Below are positions 31,801 to 41,971 of a DNA stretch of 64,000 nt, in pieces. The notes under the pieces are model-generated. The model was not told where the DNA came from. It saw only the letters and a list, made by a program, of their open reading frames with translations, and made no database searches. Numbering within the stretch: the first letter of the stretch is position 1; every line of letters starts with the position of its first letter. Both the position numbers and the translations under genes were made by a program. The stretch comes from Gemmatimonadota bacterium (GTDB lineage Bacteria; Latescibacterota; UBA2968): positions 5,266 through 69,265 of the forward strand of contig JAPOXY010000135.1 of assembly GCA_026706845.1 (NCBI GenBank), read 5' to 3'.

Positions 31801-31870
31801 GCATCCGGATCCTGCCCCTGGACACCAGCAGTAGTTTTGGTGATTTCAAATGCATTGAGGAGGAAGAAAG

Positions 31871-33415
31871 ATGAAAGCAAGACCATTCAAAGGTGCGAAG
31901 ATAGGCAGGGGTCTGACCATTGCATTGCTATTGGCTTTGACCTCGGGCAACGTCGCGGCCCAAAGCCCCACCGAGCTGCCAGCCAAAGATTTGAGCACGA
32001 TTGATTTGTCAAAATCGGAAGGTGCTAAATACTTTCTCATAGTAAAGGCTTATGCCGATTATATGATTACCCGCGGGCGCGACCGTTACGGAAAAGAACA
32101 TTCGCCCCTTTTTGCCACAACGCTTAACCGGGAAACCGGAAATGTATATCGCGAAAATCCTCCCGATGCACCCAAAGGTATCCGCAATGGCGATCGCACT
32201 TGGCGTGGTTCAAATACGTCAAAAGATAATGGTTTATACAGCATACTTTATCACTTGACGGAAATCACAGGAGATGACAAGTATGCACGGGAAGCGGATA
32301 AAGCAATCAAATGGTTTTTTGCCAACTGCCAAAGTCCTGAAACGGGATTTATGGCCTGGGGAGAACACATCGGTTGGGATTTTTTTACAGAGGCGCCTAT
32401 TAAAATGGGTACTCGATCTTTGACACACGAGTACAAAATTTTCAATTATTGGGACAAGGTGTGGGAATTTAATCCGGAAGCTGCTGAAAAGTTTGCACTG
32501 GGATTATGGGAACACCAGATTTATGCGCACGAAGGACCAGAAGCGGGCGAGTTTAGCCGACATGCCAGTTATGACACACATAGTCCTGGAAAAGGAAGAG
32601 CTTTTCCCGCACATGGCGGCAATTATATCTATGTTTGGACAAAAGCATATCGGGAAACTGGCAAAGAAGTTTTTTTAACCGCCATTGAAACCGTATTGAA
32701 TTATTATGAGCGAAATACAACCGATAAAGGTGCGATCTTATATGCATCAGATTTTCCTGAGCAATATTCTTTGAAACAAAGTATGAATCTGGCATCCAAT
32801 CTCTATCGCGCAAAGGATTTTATGCCCGCAGACCTTGCAAATAGGATGAAGAAATTGTCAGAAGGAACAGATTCTTTGTATTTAAGTTTTGATCACGATC
32901 CGTCAAAAGGCGGAAAAGGATTTCTTGAATCCGCCAACCTTATGACCCTTGTACCGGGGAATTTTCGGAGGTCAAGTACTGGAACGGATGCCTGGACTGA
33001 AATGTGGTCGGCTGGTTATGGGGTGGGATCGGGAAGTACCGAGCAGGCAAACAAATGTTATGCGCGGTATAAACTAACAGGTATTGAAGGCTATAGAATC
33101 CTTTTTATGAAAGCGGTGAATGCCTATTACAACGAAGATCCTCCGCCGTCAGCAGTACTTTATCCCAGCAATTATTCCAGCATATTTAATATGATGATGA
33201 GTGCGTATGAATTAACAGGGGCAGAACGTTTTTTAAGCAAAGCAAAAACGTATATGGACTTATCGGTAGAAACTTTTTTGAGTGATCAATCCCCTCTGCC
33301 AAAAGCATCAAACCAAAGTGAACATTATGAGGCCATAACAGGTGGCCCAGAATTAATGGAAAATGTGCTGCGTTTATGGATGGTAATGAACCCTCAGGAT
33401 CGTGCTGGAGAATAG
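31871..33415 (+). CDS. Secreted hypothetical protein (514 aa). Possible alpha/alpha-toroid glycan-active enzyme.
   Basis: Signal peptide 'LTIALLLALTSGNVAAQSP'. GAGGAGG Shine-Dalgarno. Low GC (~42%). No confident family assignment. Confidence 0.6.
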   Translation: MKARPFKGAKIGRGLTIALLLALTSGNVAAQSPTELPAKDLSTIDLSKSEGAKYFLIVKAYADYMITRGRDRYGKEHSPLFATTLNRETGNVYRENPPDAPKGIRNGDRTWRGSNTSKDNGLYSILYHLTEITGDDKYAREADKAIKWFFANCQSPETGFMAWGEHIGWDFFTEAPIKMGTRSLTHEYKIFNYWDKVWEFNPEAAEKFALGLWEHQIYAHEGPEAGEFSRHASYDTHSPGKGRAFPAHGGNYIYVWTKAYRETGKEVFLTAIETVLNYYERNTTDKGAILYASDFPEQYSLKQSMNLASNLYRAKDFMPADLANRMKKLSEGTDSLYLSFDHDPSKGGKGFLESANLMTLVPGNFRRSSTGTDAWTEMWSAGYGVGSGSTEQANKCYARYKLTGIEGYRILFMKAVNAYYNEDPPPSAVLYPSNYSSIFNMMMSAYELTGAERFLSKAKTYMDLSVETFLSDQSPLPKASNQSEHYEAITGGPELMENVLRLWMVMNPQDRAGE

Positions 33416-33452
33416 AGCTATAATCAGAAATCCCAAAAATACAGAGGGGATT

Positions 33453-34880
33453 CTAAACACTCGGCAAAGGCACAGTATCTCCTGTTTCATGTTGCCACAA
33501 TCGAATCTTCGCCGCCATATCGCGAATGCGATCGCGATGTTCAGGAACATCAAACAGATTGTTTTCTTCATAAGGATCTGTATTAAGGTCGAACAACTCA
33601 CACTGATCACCAGCACACAAATTCAACTTCCAGCGATCACCCGTCACCACAGATCGCCAGGGCAATGTCGCCATCAAGTTAATGCTTGGATTCCCTAAAT
33701 TGCGATCGCCAATCCCATTCCACTCCATAAATGCAACGTGATCCTTCAAATCGCGCTCACCGGTGAGTGCACCAGCCAAACTCTCCCCTTCACACTGATC
33801 TGAAACTTCAACGCCCGCCAGATCCAAAAGCGTCGGCACCAAATCCGCATGCCCAAACACACCATCGATTCGTTTCTGTTCCTTATTCAACCACGGCACA
33901 CTGAGCAAAAACGGCACTCGCGCAGACTCTTCGTAAAACGTCCGCTTTTCCATCATGGCATGATCGCCCACCATTTCCCCATGATCACTCGTGTAAGCAA
34001 TAATCGTATTCTCCAGTTGCCCTGTCTCTTCCAATGCCTGAATGATCCGCCCCACAGCATCATCCACAATCTTCATATTTCCGAAGTATTGCGATCTCAC
34101 TTTCCGCCATCCCAATTCCGTACTTAAATCTTCACCTGCCTCCTTCTTCGTTGCATAATGCTCTGCTCGCACCCGATTAAATCGCGAATGTCCTTCAGGC
34201 TGTTTCAAAAACGTCGGGCCAACCGGCAATTTCTCAGGATCATACAAACCGTCATACGGCCCTGTATATGGAGGGTGCGGTTCAAACGTACTGCACACCA
34301 GTAACCAGGGCTGATCGACATTTTCTCGAATAAACCGATCCGCTTCCTGCGCGACAAACGCCCCGACCTGTTGTTCCGCTGGCAAACGCGCGCGATCTCC
34401 TGCAGAAAATTGTTTCAAGTCCGGTGCCAAATGCGAGGGTGGTTCAACGCCCTGCGCCACCAACCACTCATAGTGGGAACTCATCGGCGCATCTTGAATC
34501 GTATTCAAATGCCGCAAATTATCCTGAATACTGATCCACTCATCAAACCCATGTTGGCGAACGGTATCGTTGCCCAAATGCCATTTGCCCATATATGCCT
34601 TGCGATATGTATCTGGCATCATTTCCGCAATCGACTTTGTATCTTCTCGTAGATGAATCCCATTCGCCACACATCCGTGCGAATGAGGGTACAACCCAGA
34701 CATCAGCGTACCCCGCGATGGCGTACACACAGCCTGACCAACATACGCATTCTCAAAAACAAAAGACCGCTCCGAAAGCGCATTCAAATGCGGCGATTGA
34801 ATCCAATCATTGCCGTAACACGACATGGTATCTGTGCGTTGCTGATCTGTGAACACAAAAAGAATATTCGGTTGATTCAT
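33453..34880 (-). CDS. Formylglycine-dependent sulfatase, no signal peptide.
   Basis: 'MNQPNILFVFTDQQRTD', 'CTPSRGTLMSG'. Confidence 0.9.
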   Translation of the reverse strand: MNQPNILFVFTDQQRTDTMSCYGNDWIQSPHLNALSERSFVFENAYVGQAVCTPSRGTLMSGLYPHSHGCVANGIHLREDTKSIAEMMPDTYRKAYMGKWHLGNDTVRQHGFDEWISIQDNLRHLNTIQDAPMSSHYEWLVAQGVEPPSHLAPDLKQFSAGDRARLPAEQQVGAFVAQEADRFIRENVDQPWLLVCSTFEPHPPYTGPYDGLYDPEKLPVGPTFLKQPEGHSRFNRVRAEHYATKKEAGEDLSTELGWRKVRSQYFGNMKIVDDAVGRIIQALEETGQLENTIIAYTSDHGEMVGDHAMMEKRTFYEESARVPFLLSVPWLNKEQKRIDGVFGHADLVPTLLDLAGVEVSDQCEGESLAGALTGERDLKDHVAFMEWNGIGDRNLGNPSINLMATLPWRSVVTGDRWKLNLCAGDQCELFDLNTDPYEENNLFDVPEHRDRIRDMAAKIRLWQHETGDTVPLPSV

Positions 34881-34998
34881 ATCTATCCCTCAAATTTGTC
34901 GTTCAAAATGCCGATCTTCTGTCGTTCGCGGTATTCCCTACTTGTTAAACCAAAGAAGCTGCAATCCGTTTTCGCTCACAGTACTTTTTAATTTTCGT

Positions 34999-36348
34999 TT
35001 ACATTTGTTTCCTGCGAAATGCGTGGGGATTTACCATTTCATATCCCCATTGATCCAACAATTCCTGCCCGTTCTCAAACGCGTCGTTCTGTTCCTTCAA
35101 CAGATCTGAAAGCAAACCTTCCAGATGCGTTTGAACAGATTCTACCTCAGGCCGACCACAAAGGTTCTCCAACTGATAAGGATCTGCCTCATTGTCATAT
35201 AGCAACCAGGGCCCCTCCAGGTCACGCACATAAGTATAACGGCTCGTGCGAACGCCTCGATATTCCCTGCCACCATGTTCATAAGAATAATTGGCAAACG
35301 GAACGTAGCATCCAAAAAGTGAAGCCTCCAAAGGCGCATCGGCTTCACCGAGCATGTGTTTGGCAAAACTCACCCCTTCGACGCCTTCCGGTACAGGCGC
35401 GCCTACCAGATCCAACAACGTCGGCATCATATCTGGTATGCCAAAAGGGGTGTCGATTTGACGACCAATCCCATCTGGCAAACGCAACAGAAAGGGCACA
35501 AGAATAGATTCATCCCAGGGCCGTATTTTCCGATCATGGCCTTGCGACCCATTCATTTCACCGTGATCAGAGGTAAACACAAGAATTGTATCCTCTGTCA
35601 CCCCGAGGCGTTTAAGTGCTTCTTCAACACGCCCAACACAGTGATCAAGTGCCGTAATATGCGCATAATAACCCCACATATCATTCCGGGCAGTCGCTAC
35701 ACTCTCAGCAGGCACATTGTCTCTCAATACGATTTCATCTTCATTGTAGAGCGCTCTGTATTCTTCCGGCACTTTGTGGAAAGGGTTATGAGGCGGGCCG
35801 TAGGATACAAACAGGAAAAAGGGATCGTCTTCATCCTGCCTGCCCTCCAGATACTCAATCGCACAATCGGTCTGTGCAAACGCATCGTATCCTTCCCACT
35901 TTTTCATAATGCCCGAGTCATCATAATAGGGCGAATCGTAATAATTGTGCGAGCATTCGTGCGCGCGCCAAAAGTCAAAGCCCAACCGTCGCTCAGGTGG
36001 GATGAAATTTTGCTCGTGGGTATCTCCGTCCAAATGCCACTTGCCAATGTATGCGGTGTCATAACCGTGTGACTTTAGAACCTCAGCGAATGTGGTTGTA
36101 TTGGGCTCAAGCCGAATTTGGTTTAAAAAGATCCCATGCGTCAGTGGATATTGCCCGGTCAAAAGACAGGCACGAGCTGGACAACAAACCGGGCACGTTG
36201 ACACAGTCGTATCCAACCGAATACTCTTTTGAGCCAGGGCATCGAGATTGGGTGTCTTAACATTTGGATCTCCCGCATACCCCGTCGCCTGTGCGCGCCA
36301 CTGATCGGTCAAAATGAATACAATATTGGGCTTCTCTTTGTTGGCCAC
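34999..36348 (-). CDS. Formylglycine-dependent sulfatase, GTG start, no signal peptide.
   Basis: 'VANKEKPNIVFILTDQWRAQ', 'CCPARACLLTG'. GGGAGG Shine-Dalgarno 5 nt before the GTG at 36348. The track ORF extends to 36456 without a credible start. Confidence 0.85.
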   Translation of the reverse strand: MANKEKPNIVFILTDQWRAQATGYAGDPNVKTPNLDALAQKSIRLDTTVSTCPVCCPARACLLTGQYPLTHGIFLNQIRLEPNTTTFAEVLKSHGYDTAYIGKWHLDGDTHEQNFIPPERRLGFDFWRAHECSHNYYDSPYYDDSGIMKKWEGYDAFAQTDCAIEYLEGRQDEDDPFFLFVSYGPPHNPFHKVPEEYRALYNEDEIVLRDNVPAESVATARNDMWGYYAHITALDHCVGRVEEALKRLGVTEDTILVFTSDHGEMNGSQGHDRKIRPWDESILVPFLLRLPDGIGRQIDTPFGIPDMMPTLLDLVGAPVPEGVEGVSFAKHMLGEADAPLEASLFGCYVPFANYSYEHGGREYRGVRTSRYTYVRDLEGPWLLYDNEADPYQLENLCGRPEVESVQTHLEGLLSDLLKEQNDAFENGQELLDQWGYEMVNPHAFRRKQM

Positions 36349-36432
36349 AAAAACCTCCCTACTTAATTGCACAACAATCAGAATGCAATCACGATACGAA
36401 AAAGTTGTCCATACCTCATGATAATCAAACAA

Positions 36433-36449
36433 ATATTGATAATCAATAT
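36433..36449. promoter_or_regulatory. 17-bp palindrome ATATTGAT-a-ATCAATAT in the divergent sulfatase/PhyH intergenic region. Shares CAATAT/ATATTG cores with the 31621 repeat.
   Basis: Seen directly in the sequence. Flanked by the direct repeat TGATAATCAA (36417..36426, 36438..36447). Confidence 0.3.
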
Positions 36450-36554
36450 AGCCCACAAAAACAAAAAATGAAGAGTATTTGCCGTAGTTCAGAAATTAAC
36501 TTATTATGGGACATGGCAGAAAAGGCTTGTAAACCATCGAATGAGGAATACTCT

Positions 36555-37322
36555 ATGGCTCTAAACGAAGATCAGCTCACCTTTTACCGACAAAACGGCT
36601 ACTTGCTGGCCTCCGGCCTGATTTCTGATCAGATCGCGGCTCAAGCCGAAGCGGCGATGTGGAAGCTGATGGACATGGACGCGGGGGATGCGTCCACCTG
36701 GTCGACGGTGCCGGAGACCGCCGATACGTATAACAAAGGCAGCGGTGCGGTGATCTTTAACGGGGTGCAGGATCCCGATTTGATGGCCTGCGCCACAGAC
36801 GACTACCTCAACGCTGTAGCGCAGCTGCTGGGCGAACCGATTGATTCGTTGCACTCACCCGAAGCGATCTTTGCACTAAATTTGTTGGGGCGTCCGGGGC
36901 AATGGACCATGCCACGGCACCCGCACATCGACGGCCTCAACCCGAAGCATGTGCCCAAGACCTTTCCCGGGCCCTATCGCATCACCAGCCTCCTCTATCT
37001 AAGCGATATCGAACCGCAGGGCGGCGGGACCTGTGTTTGGCCTGGTTCGCCCAGCAAGATACGCGCCCTGGCTGAATCCGATCCGGTCAAGTACGAGCAC
37101 CTGAAAGATCTGAACAAGGATATCCCCTCGTTAGATCTGGAACCCGGTATCGAACTGACACCGAAGCGCGGTGATATCCTTTTTTTTTCACACTTGTTCG
37201 GCCACAATGGGTCGGTCAATACTGCGGCTAAACCACGTTTTATGATGCGCTTTTTTTGTTCGTGCGAAAAATGCTACACGACCTGGCCCAAGGCGGATCA
37301 TTGGGGTTTTTGGACGCCATAG
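36555..37322 (+). CDS. PhyH-like Fe(II)/2OG dioxygenase (paralog 5).
   Basis: 'LTFYRQNGYLLASGLIS', 'PRHPHIDGL' (H-x-D), 'HLFGHNGSVN'. GAGGAA Shine-Dalgarno before the ATG at 36555. The track ORF starts earlier, at 36405. Confidence 0.7.
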   Translation: MALNEDQLTFYRQNGYLLASGLISDQIAAQAEAAMWKLMDMDAGDASTWSTVPETADTYNKGSGAVIFNGVQDPDLMACATDDYLNAVAQLLGEPIDSLHSPEAIFALNLLGRPGQWTMPRHPHIDGLNPKHVPKTFPGPYRITSLLYLSDIEPQGGGTCVWPGSPSKIRALAESDPVKYEHLKDLNKDIPSLDLEPGIELTPKRGDILFFSHLFGHNGSVNTAAKPRFMMRFFCSCEKCYTTWPKADHWGFWTP

Positions 37323-37398
37323 GCCTCATCCCATAATACCGCGTTACACAAAAGCGCGTCAACGAATCACAGAAATATCAAAAATATTTGATTCCTTC

Positions 37399-38253
37399 TT
37401 AAACAACCGGTCTGATCTCTGGCGCGCCATTCTCTTCGCACCACGGCGTAAGTGGGCTATCTCCGCCACCAGCTTTGTAACCCTCTATCTTTGGATATCT
37501 TTCACCAACCAGATATCGGCCCAATTCATCCAGTTTATCCATAAAGGCAGGCTCCTGGCTTCGATAATCCAGCGGCATCACCCAACGATAGCCATAACCA
37601 ATCATGATCGCCTTTCGCATGTTACCCGATGTGTTTATCCCTGCTGCATGCCCGGTTCGATTTTCAAAGAATAGGCAATCACCCGCCTTTAAAGAAGCTT
37701 CAACATAACCTTTTGGTCCAGGCTCTCCTTCAGGGACTTCAATGGGGTTGCTATGGCGATTGGAGCCAGGCGCAACCAGCGTCATACCCGAGTTTGGTTC
37801 GGTCAGATCATTGAGATAAAACGCGCACTTTAACAACACACGGGGCACATGATTTCCCAATACTTTTGTCGCTGCACCATAATCGCGATGCCATCCGACC
37901 CGCCGAACTTTCTTCGAGGGATCGGAAGAGCCTCTATAAGCAAGTTGTGATACCATCAGTTGGATATGTGCACCCAAAAGCTGTACCGCAACCGACAGCG
38001 ATTTGGCGTGGGTTAGCAGTGGAATAAAAGCATCATCTTTCACAATACAATTCTTAAAGCCCAGTCGTCCCGTGCGCATGTGTTGGTCGTCACTCGCAAT
38101 CAACCGATCAGCAGCCTCAACGACCCGGTCAATCATGTCCTGATCGAGCACGTCGCGCACGATGAGATAGCCTTGCTCATCAAATTGCCTGATTTCTTGT
38201 TCTGAAAGCGCATGCCAGTCCAAATCAATCGACGATTCTGTCATCTGAGCCAT
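37399..38253 (-). CDS. PhyH-family Fe(II)/2OG dioxygenase (paralog 6).
   Basis: 'FDEQGYLIVRDVLD', 'GWHRDYGAA' (H-x-D), 'NRTGHAAGIN'. AAAGGAGAG Shine-Dalgarno before the ATG at 38253. Confidence 0.8.
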   Translation of the reverse strand: MAQMTESSIDLDWHALSEQEIRQFDEQGYLIVRDVLDQDMIDRVVEAADRLIASDDQHMRTGRLGFKNCIVKDDAFIPLLTHAKSLSVAVQLLGAHIQLMVSQLAYRGSSDPSKKVRRVGWHRDYGAATKVLGNHVPRVLLKCAFYLNDLTEPNSGMTLVAPGSNRHSNPIEVPEGEPGPKGYVEASLKAGDCLFFENRTGHAAGINTSGNMRKAIMIGYGYRWVMPLDYRSQEPAFMDKLDELGRYLVGERYPKIEGYKAGGGDSPLTPWCEENGAPEIRPVV

Positions 38254-38284
38254 TGTTTGCTCTCCTTTCATTTTGGCGCGGTGG

Positions 38285-39895
38285 TCATTCTCCCGTAACA
38301 TTCGGAATGAGTGCCGACAAGCCCAGGTTTGTTAGCCGCTCGATTTCCTCCTGGAGTTCGTCGCCCTCCAGCGGACCCGCGTAGGGGGCCTGCTCGAAGC
38401 GACATGGAGACTCCACCAGGCGTGGGTCGTCGTTCTCCCATAGGAGACCCATGAGTTCGTTCGCCAGGTCTTTGCGGATCTGATCGTAGTCCGGGTTCGT
38501 GGCGACATTGTTCATGTAGTGGGGATCGACCCGAAGGTCGTAGAGTTCCTCTCGAGGACGTTTACCGAAGCCGATCTCAAAGAGGGGCTGTACATCTTTG
38601 TCGGCGCGGTGGTGAATCATCCAGGCCTTGGTTGGACCCCCATCCATGTCGGAATACGCCGGGCGCGAGCTGGCCAGGAGACTGTCCCAGGACGGCGCCT
38701 CCGCATTGGGGTCGTCGAGCCCTCGGGGATCCCCCACAGGCCAACGGTCGGGCTCAAAGTTGTGGATGTAGAGAAAGTCCCGGGTGCGGATCGCACGCAT
38801 CGGATAGGGCATGCCATCTCTCGCCATGACATTGTGGCGCTCCCGGCCCGTAACGACGGCCGTGCGCTCTGCTTCTACCTGTCCACTCCTGTTGCTTTCG
38901 AGCACAGGTAGAAGGCTGCGAGCCGTCATGCTGTCTGGGATGTCAACGCCCGCGGCGTCGAGGAAAGTGGGCGCCAGATCCATCAGGTTGACGAAGTCAT
39001 CGACGACGCGGGCAGAAGGGATGCGTTCTGGCCACCGGGCGGCCAGCGCTACCTCGCAACCGATGTTGTAAAGGTTGCACTTGGCGCGCGGGAAGCCCGG
39101 AATGCCGTGGTCGCCGCTGACGACGATGAGTGTATTGTCCAGTTCGCCGATGGCCTCGAGGCGATCGATCAGGACACCCAGACCCGCATCTACCGCCAGA
39201 CACTCTCCCAGGTAGTCGTTTACGTCTTCACGGATGTCGTGGACGTCGGGGAGGAAGGCCGGAAGGCGACCTTCCAGGTCGTCGGGCTCCAGCCCCCATA
39301 GCGCCTTGCCGGAGCCGCGCTCCCAGGTACGGTGGGTGTTGGTCGGACCCCACCAGTAGCAGAAGGGCTTTTCCGCTGGCCTCGCCTCCAGGAAGGCGTC
39401 GAAGTTCTGCCGCGTCTCTTCGAGGAGCATCTCTTTGGCCCCGTCGATTCCGAGCTCAGATGCCCGTTCGGTCGCGACGTGAGAGAAGCGGTTGTACAGC
39501 CTGCCAGCCGGCTCGTACCGCGTGCGCTCTGCGCCGTAGGGGGCGTTCATGGTTCTTCCCGGAGACCAGACCTTGTACGTGTACCCGATGTGGTAGCCAT
39601 TTTCCTCGAGAATGAGGGGATAGGTCGGAATGGTCTCGTCCCACACAGCGCCCTGCAGGATGGCGCCGAGGCCCGTCTGCCAGAAGTACTGTCCCGAGAG
39701 GATGGAACTCCGGCAGGGCGTGCAACTGGGCGCCGGAACAAAGGCGTTTCGGAAGAGCACACCTTCCTCGGCAATCCGGTCGAAGTTTGGGGTGTCGAGG
39801 AGTGCGTTAATCGCGTTTTCGCCCTCGACGGGACGGTATGCGCTGGCATAACGTCCCCAGTCGTCCGCAAAGGCAAAGAGTATGTTGGGGGGCAT
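38285..39895 (-). CDS. Formylglycine-dependent sulfatase, no signal peptide.
   Basis: 'MPPNILFAFADDWGRY', 'CTPCRSSILSG'. GGAGAA Shine-Dalgarno before the ATG at 39895. Confidence 0.9.
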   Translation of the reverse strand: MPPNILFAFADDWGRYASAYRPVEGENAINALLDTPNFDRIAEEGVLFRNAFVPAPSCTPCRSSILSGQYFWQTGLGAILQGAVWDETIPTYPLILEENGYHIGYTYKVWSPGRTMNAPYGAERTRYEPAGRLYNRFSHVATERASELGIDGAKEMLLEETRQNFDAFLEARPAEKPFCYWWGPTNTHRTWERGSGKALWGLEPDDLEGRLPAFLPDVHDIREDVNDYLGECLAVDAGLGVLIDRLEAIGELDNTLIVVSGDHGIPGFPRAKCNLYNIGCEVALAARWPERIPSARVVDDFVNLMDLAPTFLDAAGVDIPDSMTARSLLPVLESNRSGQVEAERTAVVTGRERHNVMARDGMPYPMRAIRTRDFLYIHNFEPDRWPVGDPRGLDDPNAEAPSWDSLLASSRPAYSDMDGGPTKAWMIHHRADKDVQPLFEIGFGKRPREELYDLRVDPHYMNNVATNPDYDQIRKDLANELMGLLWENDDPRLVESPCRFEQAPYAGPLEGDELQEEIERLTNLGLSALIPNVTGE

Positions 39896-39916
39896 CAATT
39901 CTCCATTCAACAATTT

Positions 39917-41908
39917 TTAAAAGTTAGCGGACAGTTCGATTCTCTTCATCACCCGCTCCAATACCCACACCCTGACGATGCCATCCCGCTGCCCACCAAG
40001 CCCGCTTGTGTAATTGTTCTTTTCGAGTTGCGCATTGTGTTCCGGTCCGAACATCTCCTGTTTATTTATGGCCTGCTCCAGGGCGGGAATAAGCGGTTTC
40101 ATGGGCTGGAGTTCTTCGCGACTGCGGTATGACAGATAGGCACCGGCTCGTAGCCTCGCCCAGAGGATATCGCTCGACAGCGCGCGCTCAAAAGCAGGCA
40201 GGGCCAGGGCGCCTTCGCCTGCCCGCACCAGATAGTCCCCAGCGGCCAGGCTGACGCTGATTGAGGGATCGTCAAGAAGGGGGGACAGGCGCTCGATCAT
40301 CTCGCGTTCCACACCGAGCGAGCAAAGGCCGGTAACAGCCCAGAAACGCACGGCGCAGTCGGGATCACCAAGTCGTTTTGCGAGTTCTTCCTTTGCTTCG
40401 TCACCCAGGCGCGCCAGGTCTGCTGTTTCCAGAATACGCTCGTAATTATCACAGTGCGCCCCGACTGCATGGCTAATGCCGTTGTACTGCTCTGCTCGCG
40501 CAGCAATTTCTGGTTCATCGATCAAGCCTAGATCGCGGGTCTCGATCATCCAGCCGAACAGGTTCTGTCGCAACCCATCCTTCACATTGCTGTAAGCAGG
40601 ATCATCTGCCAGGTTATTTATCTCTTCGGGATCGTTCTCGATGTCATACAACTCTTCGGCGGGTTTGTGATCCTGCCAGATTTGGAACTGCTGGTAGTGC
40701 TCAGGCAACCCGTCCTGTTTGATCATGACCGGCGGGCCGAGCATCAGAAATACGCCGTCGGGGTCGTGGACCTTCTGTTTGCCCGGTAGGCAAGAGGTCT
40801 CCCAGAAGGCGCGTTCCGGAGTTCCTTCCTCTGGCACTGTGGCAAAGAATCCGCCGTCTGGATAGAACGAAGCGTATGGCTGGTGGGGGAGGAAGTTGCG
40901 GAAGTAACGGTATTTTTTTGTGCGGATTGTGCGGATTACTTCTGGGTTGTTGTCCAGCCGATCCCTGGCACTGCAGACGAATTCTCTCGGTTCATCTCTG
41001 TTGGGACCGCACAGGTTGCGGCTCTGGATGTGTTCGGCAATAGGGATGCCTGATAGCTGCAGGGTCGTCGCGCAGAGGTCCATGTGCAGGACGAGTTCAT
41101 CAACCGCACTGCCGGGTTCTGCCGGGGATAGGTGCTGATACTTCTCCGGGAATCGCATGATCAGCGGGATATTCAGTCCGTCGTCGTAGGCGTGGATTTT
41201 GCCTCGGGGATAACCCGTGCCATGGTCTCCCCAATAGACCACAATAGTGTCTTCACTGTGCCCCTGCGCTTCAAGCTCGTCCAGGATCTCTCCTACTTGC
41301 TTATCGACGTTGGTAAGGGCGTCGTAGAAGAGCGCCATTCGTTCGCGGAACAGGGGGGTGTCGGGAACGAAGCTCGGAACCGGCACATCATTCGGGTCGT
41401 GCAACTCGTCGTCGCTCAAGAGCGAGGAACGCGCTTTCCGCGCATCCTCGGGCGTCAGTTTGAATACACTGGCGTGGGAACTGCCCAGTCTGTAATACAT
41501 GAAGAACGGCTTGTCTTCAGGGCGATTCTCCCAGAAATCTTCAGCGTTGTAATACTGTTCACGCTCCTCTTTGGAGACGTATAGATTGATGTCATTATCC
41601 GGCTGCGTGCAGGCGTAACCGGCGTCCGTCAGCATTGTGTTTAACAACTCAACCCCTTCAGGGCGGATGATCGCGCTGCGGTGATGATGCGTGCCCAGTG
41701 TCGTCGGATGCATGCCGGTATAGATGCCCGTGCGCGACGGTGAGCAGATTGGGCCAGCGGTGAACGCGTTGGTGTAGCGCACACCTTCTGCCGATAGGCG
41801 GTCAATATTCGGGGTATGCGCGTATTGATCTCCGTAGCAACATTATTTCCAGGCTCTGGAGTCGTGATTACTGATCAAGTGGAAATTGGGTCTGTCTTGT
41901 TTTGTCAT
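39917..41908 (-). pseudogene. Sulfatase interrupted by an in-frame TAA (41843..41845) after residue 21, carrying a C-terminal HEAT/PBS-lyase-repeat extension. Downstream of the stop, the ORF runs 621 codons from a GTG.
   Basis: The ATG at 41908 with a GGAGAA Shine-Dalgarno gives 'MTKQDRPNFHLISNHDSRAWK*CCYGDQYAHTPNIDRLSAEGVRYTNAFTAGPICSPSRTG...' in one frame. C-terminal 'LGDPDCAVRFWAVTGLCSLG...LLDDPSISVSLAAGDYLVRAG' is HEAT-like. Confidence 0.55.
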
Positions 41909-41971
41909 ATATCTGGTTCTCCAAATGTATCAGACGATAAAAATGCGAACTGCCAATCGCGTTGTAACCTC

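Noticed and set aside
31559-31834. Cys-rich 91-aa ORF spanning the divergent intergenic region
   Set aside because: It overlaps the PhyH start codon and the direct-repeat operator. No Shine-Dalgarno is present. It more likely reflects non-coding regulatory DNA.
35356-36072. 238-aa plus-strand ORF inside sulfatase 34999..36348
   Set aside because: Antisense artefact. Basic, low-complexity translation.
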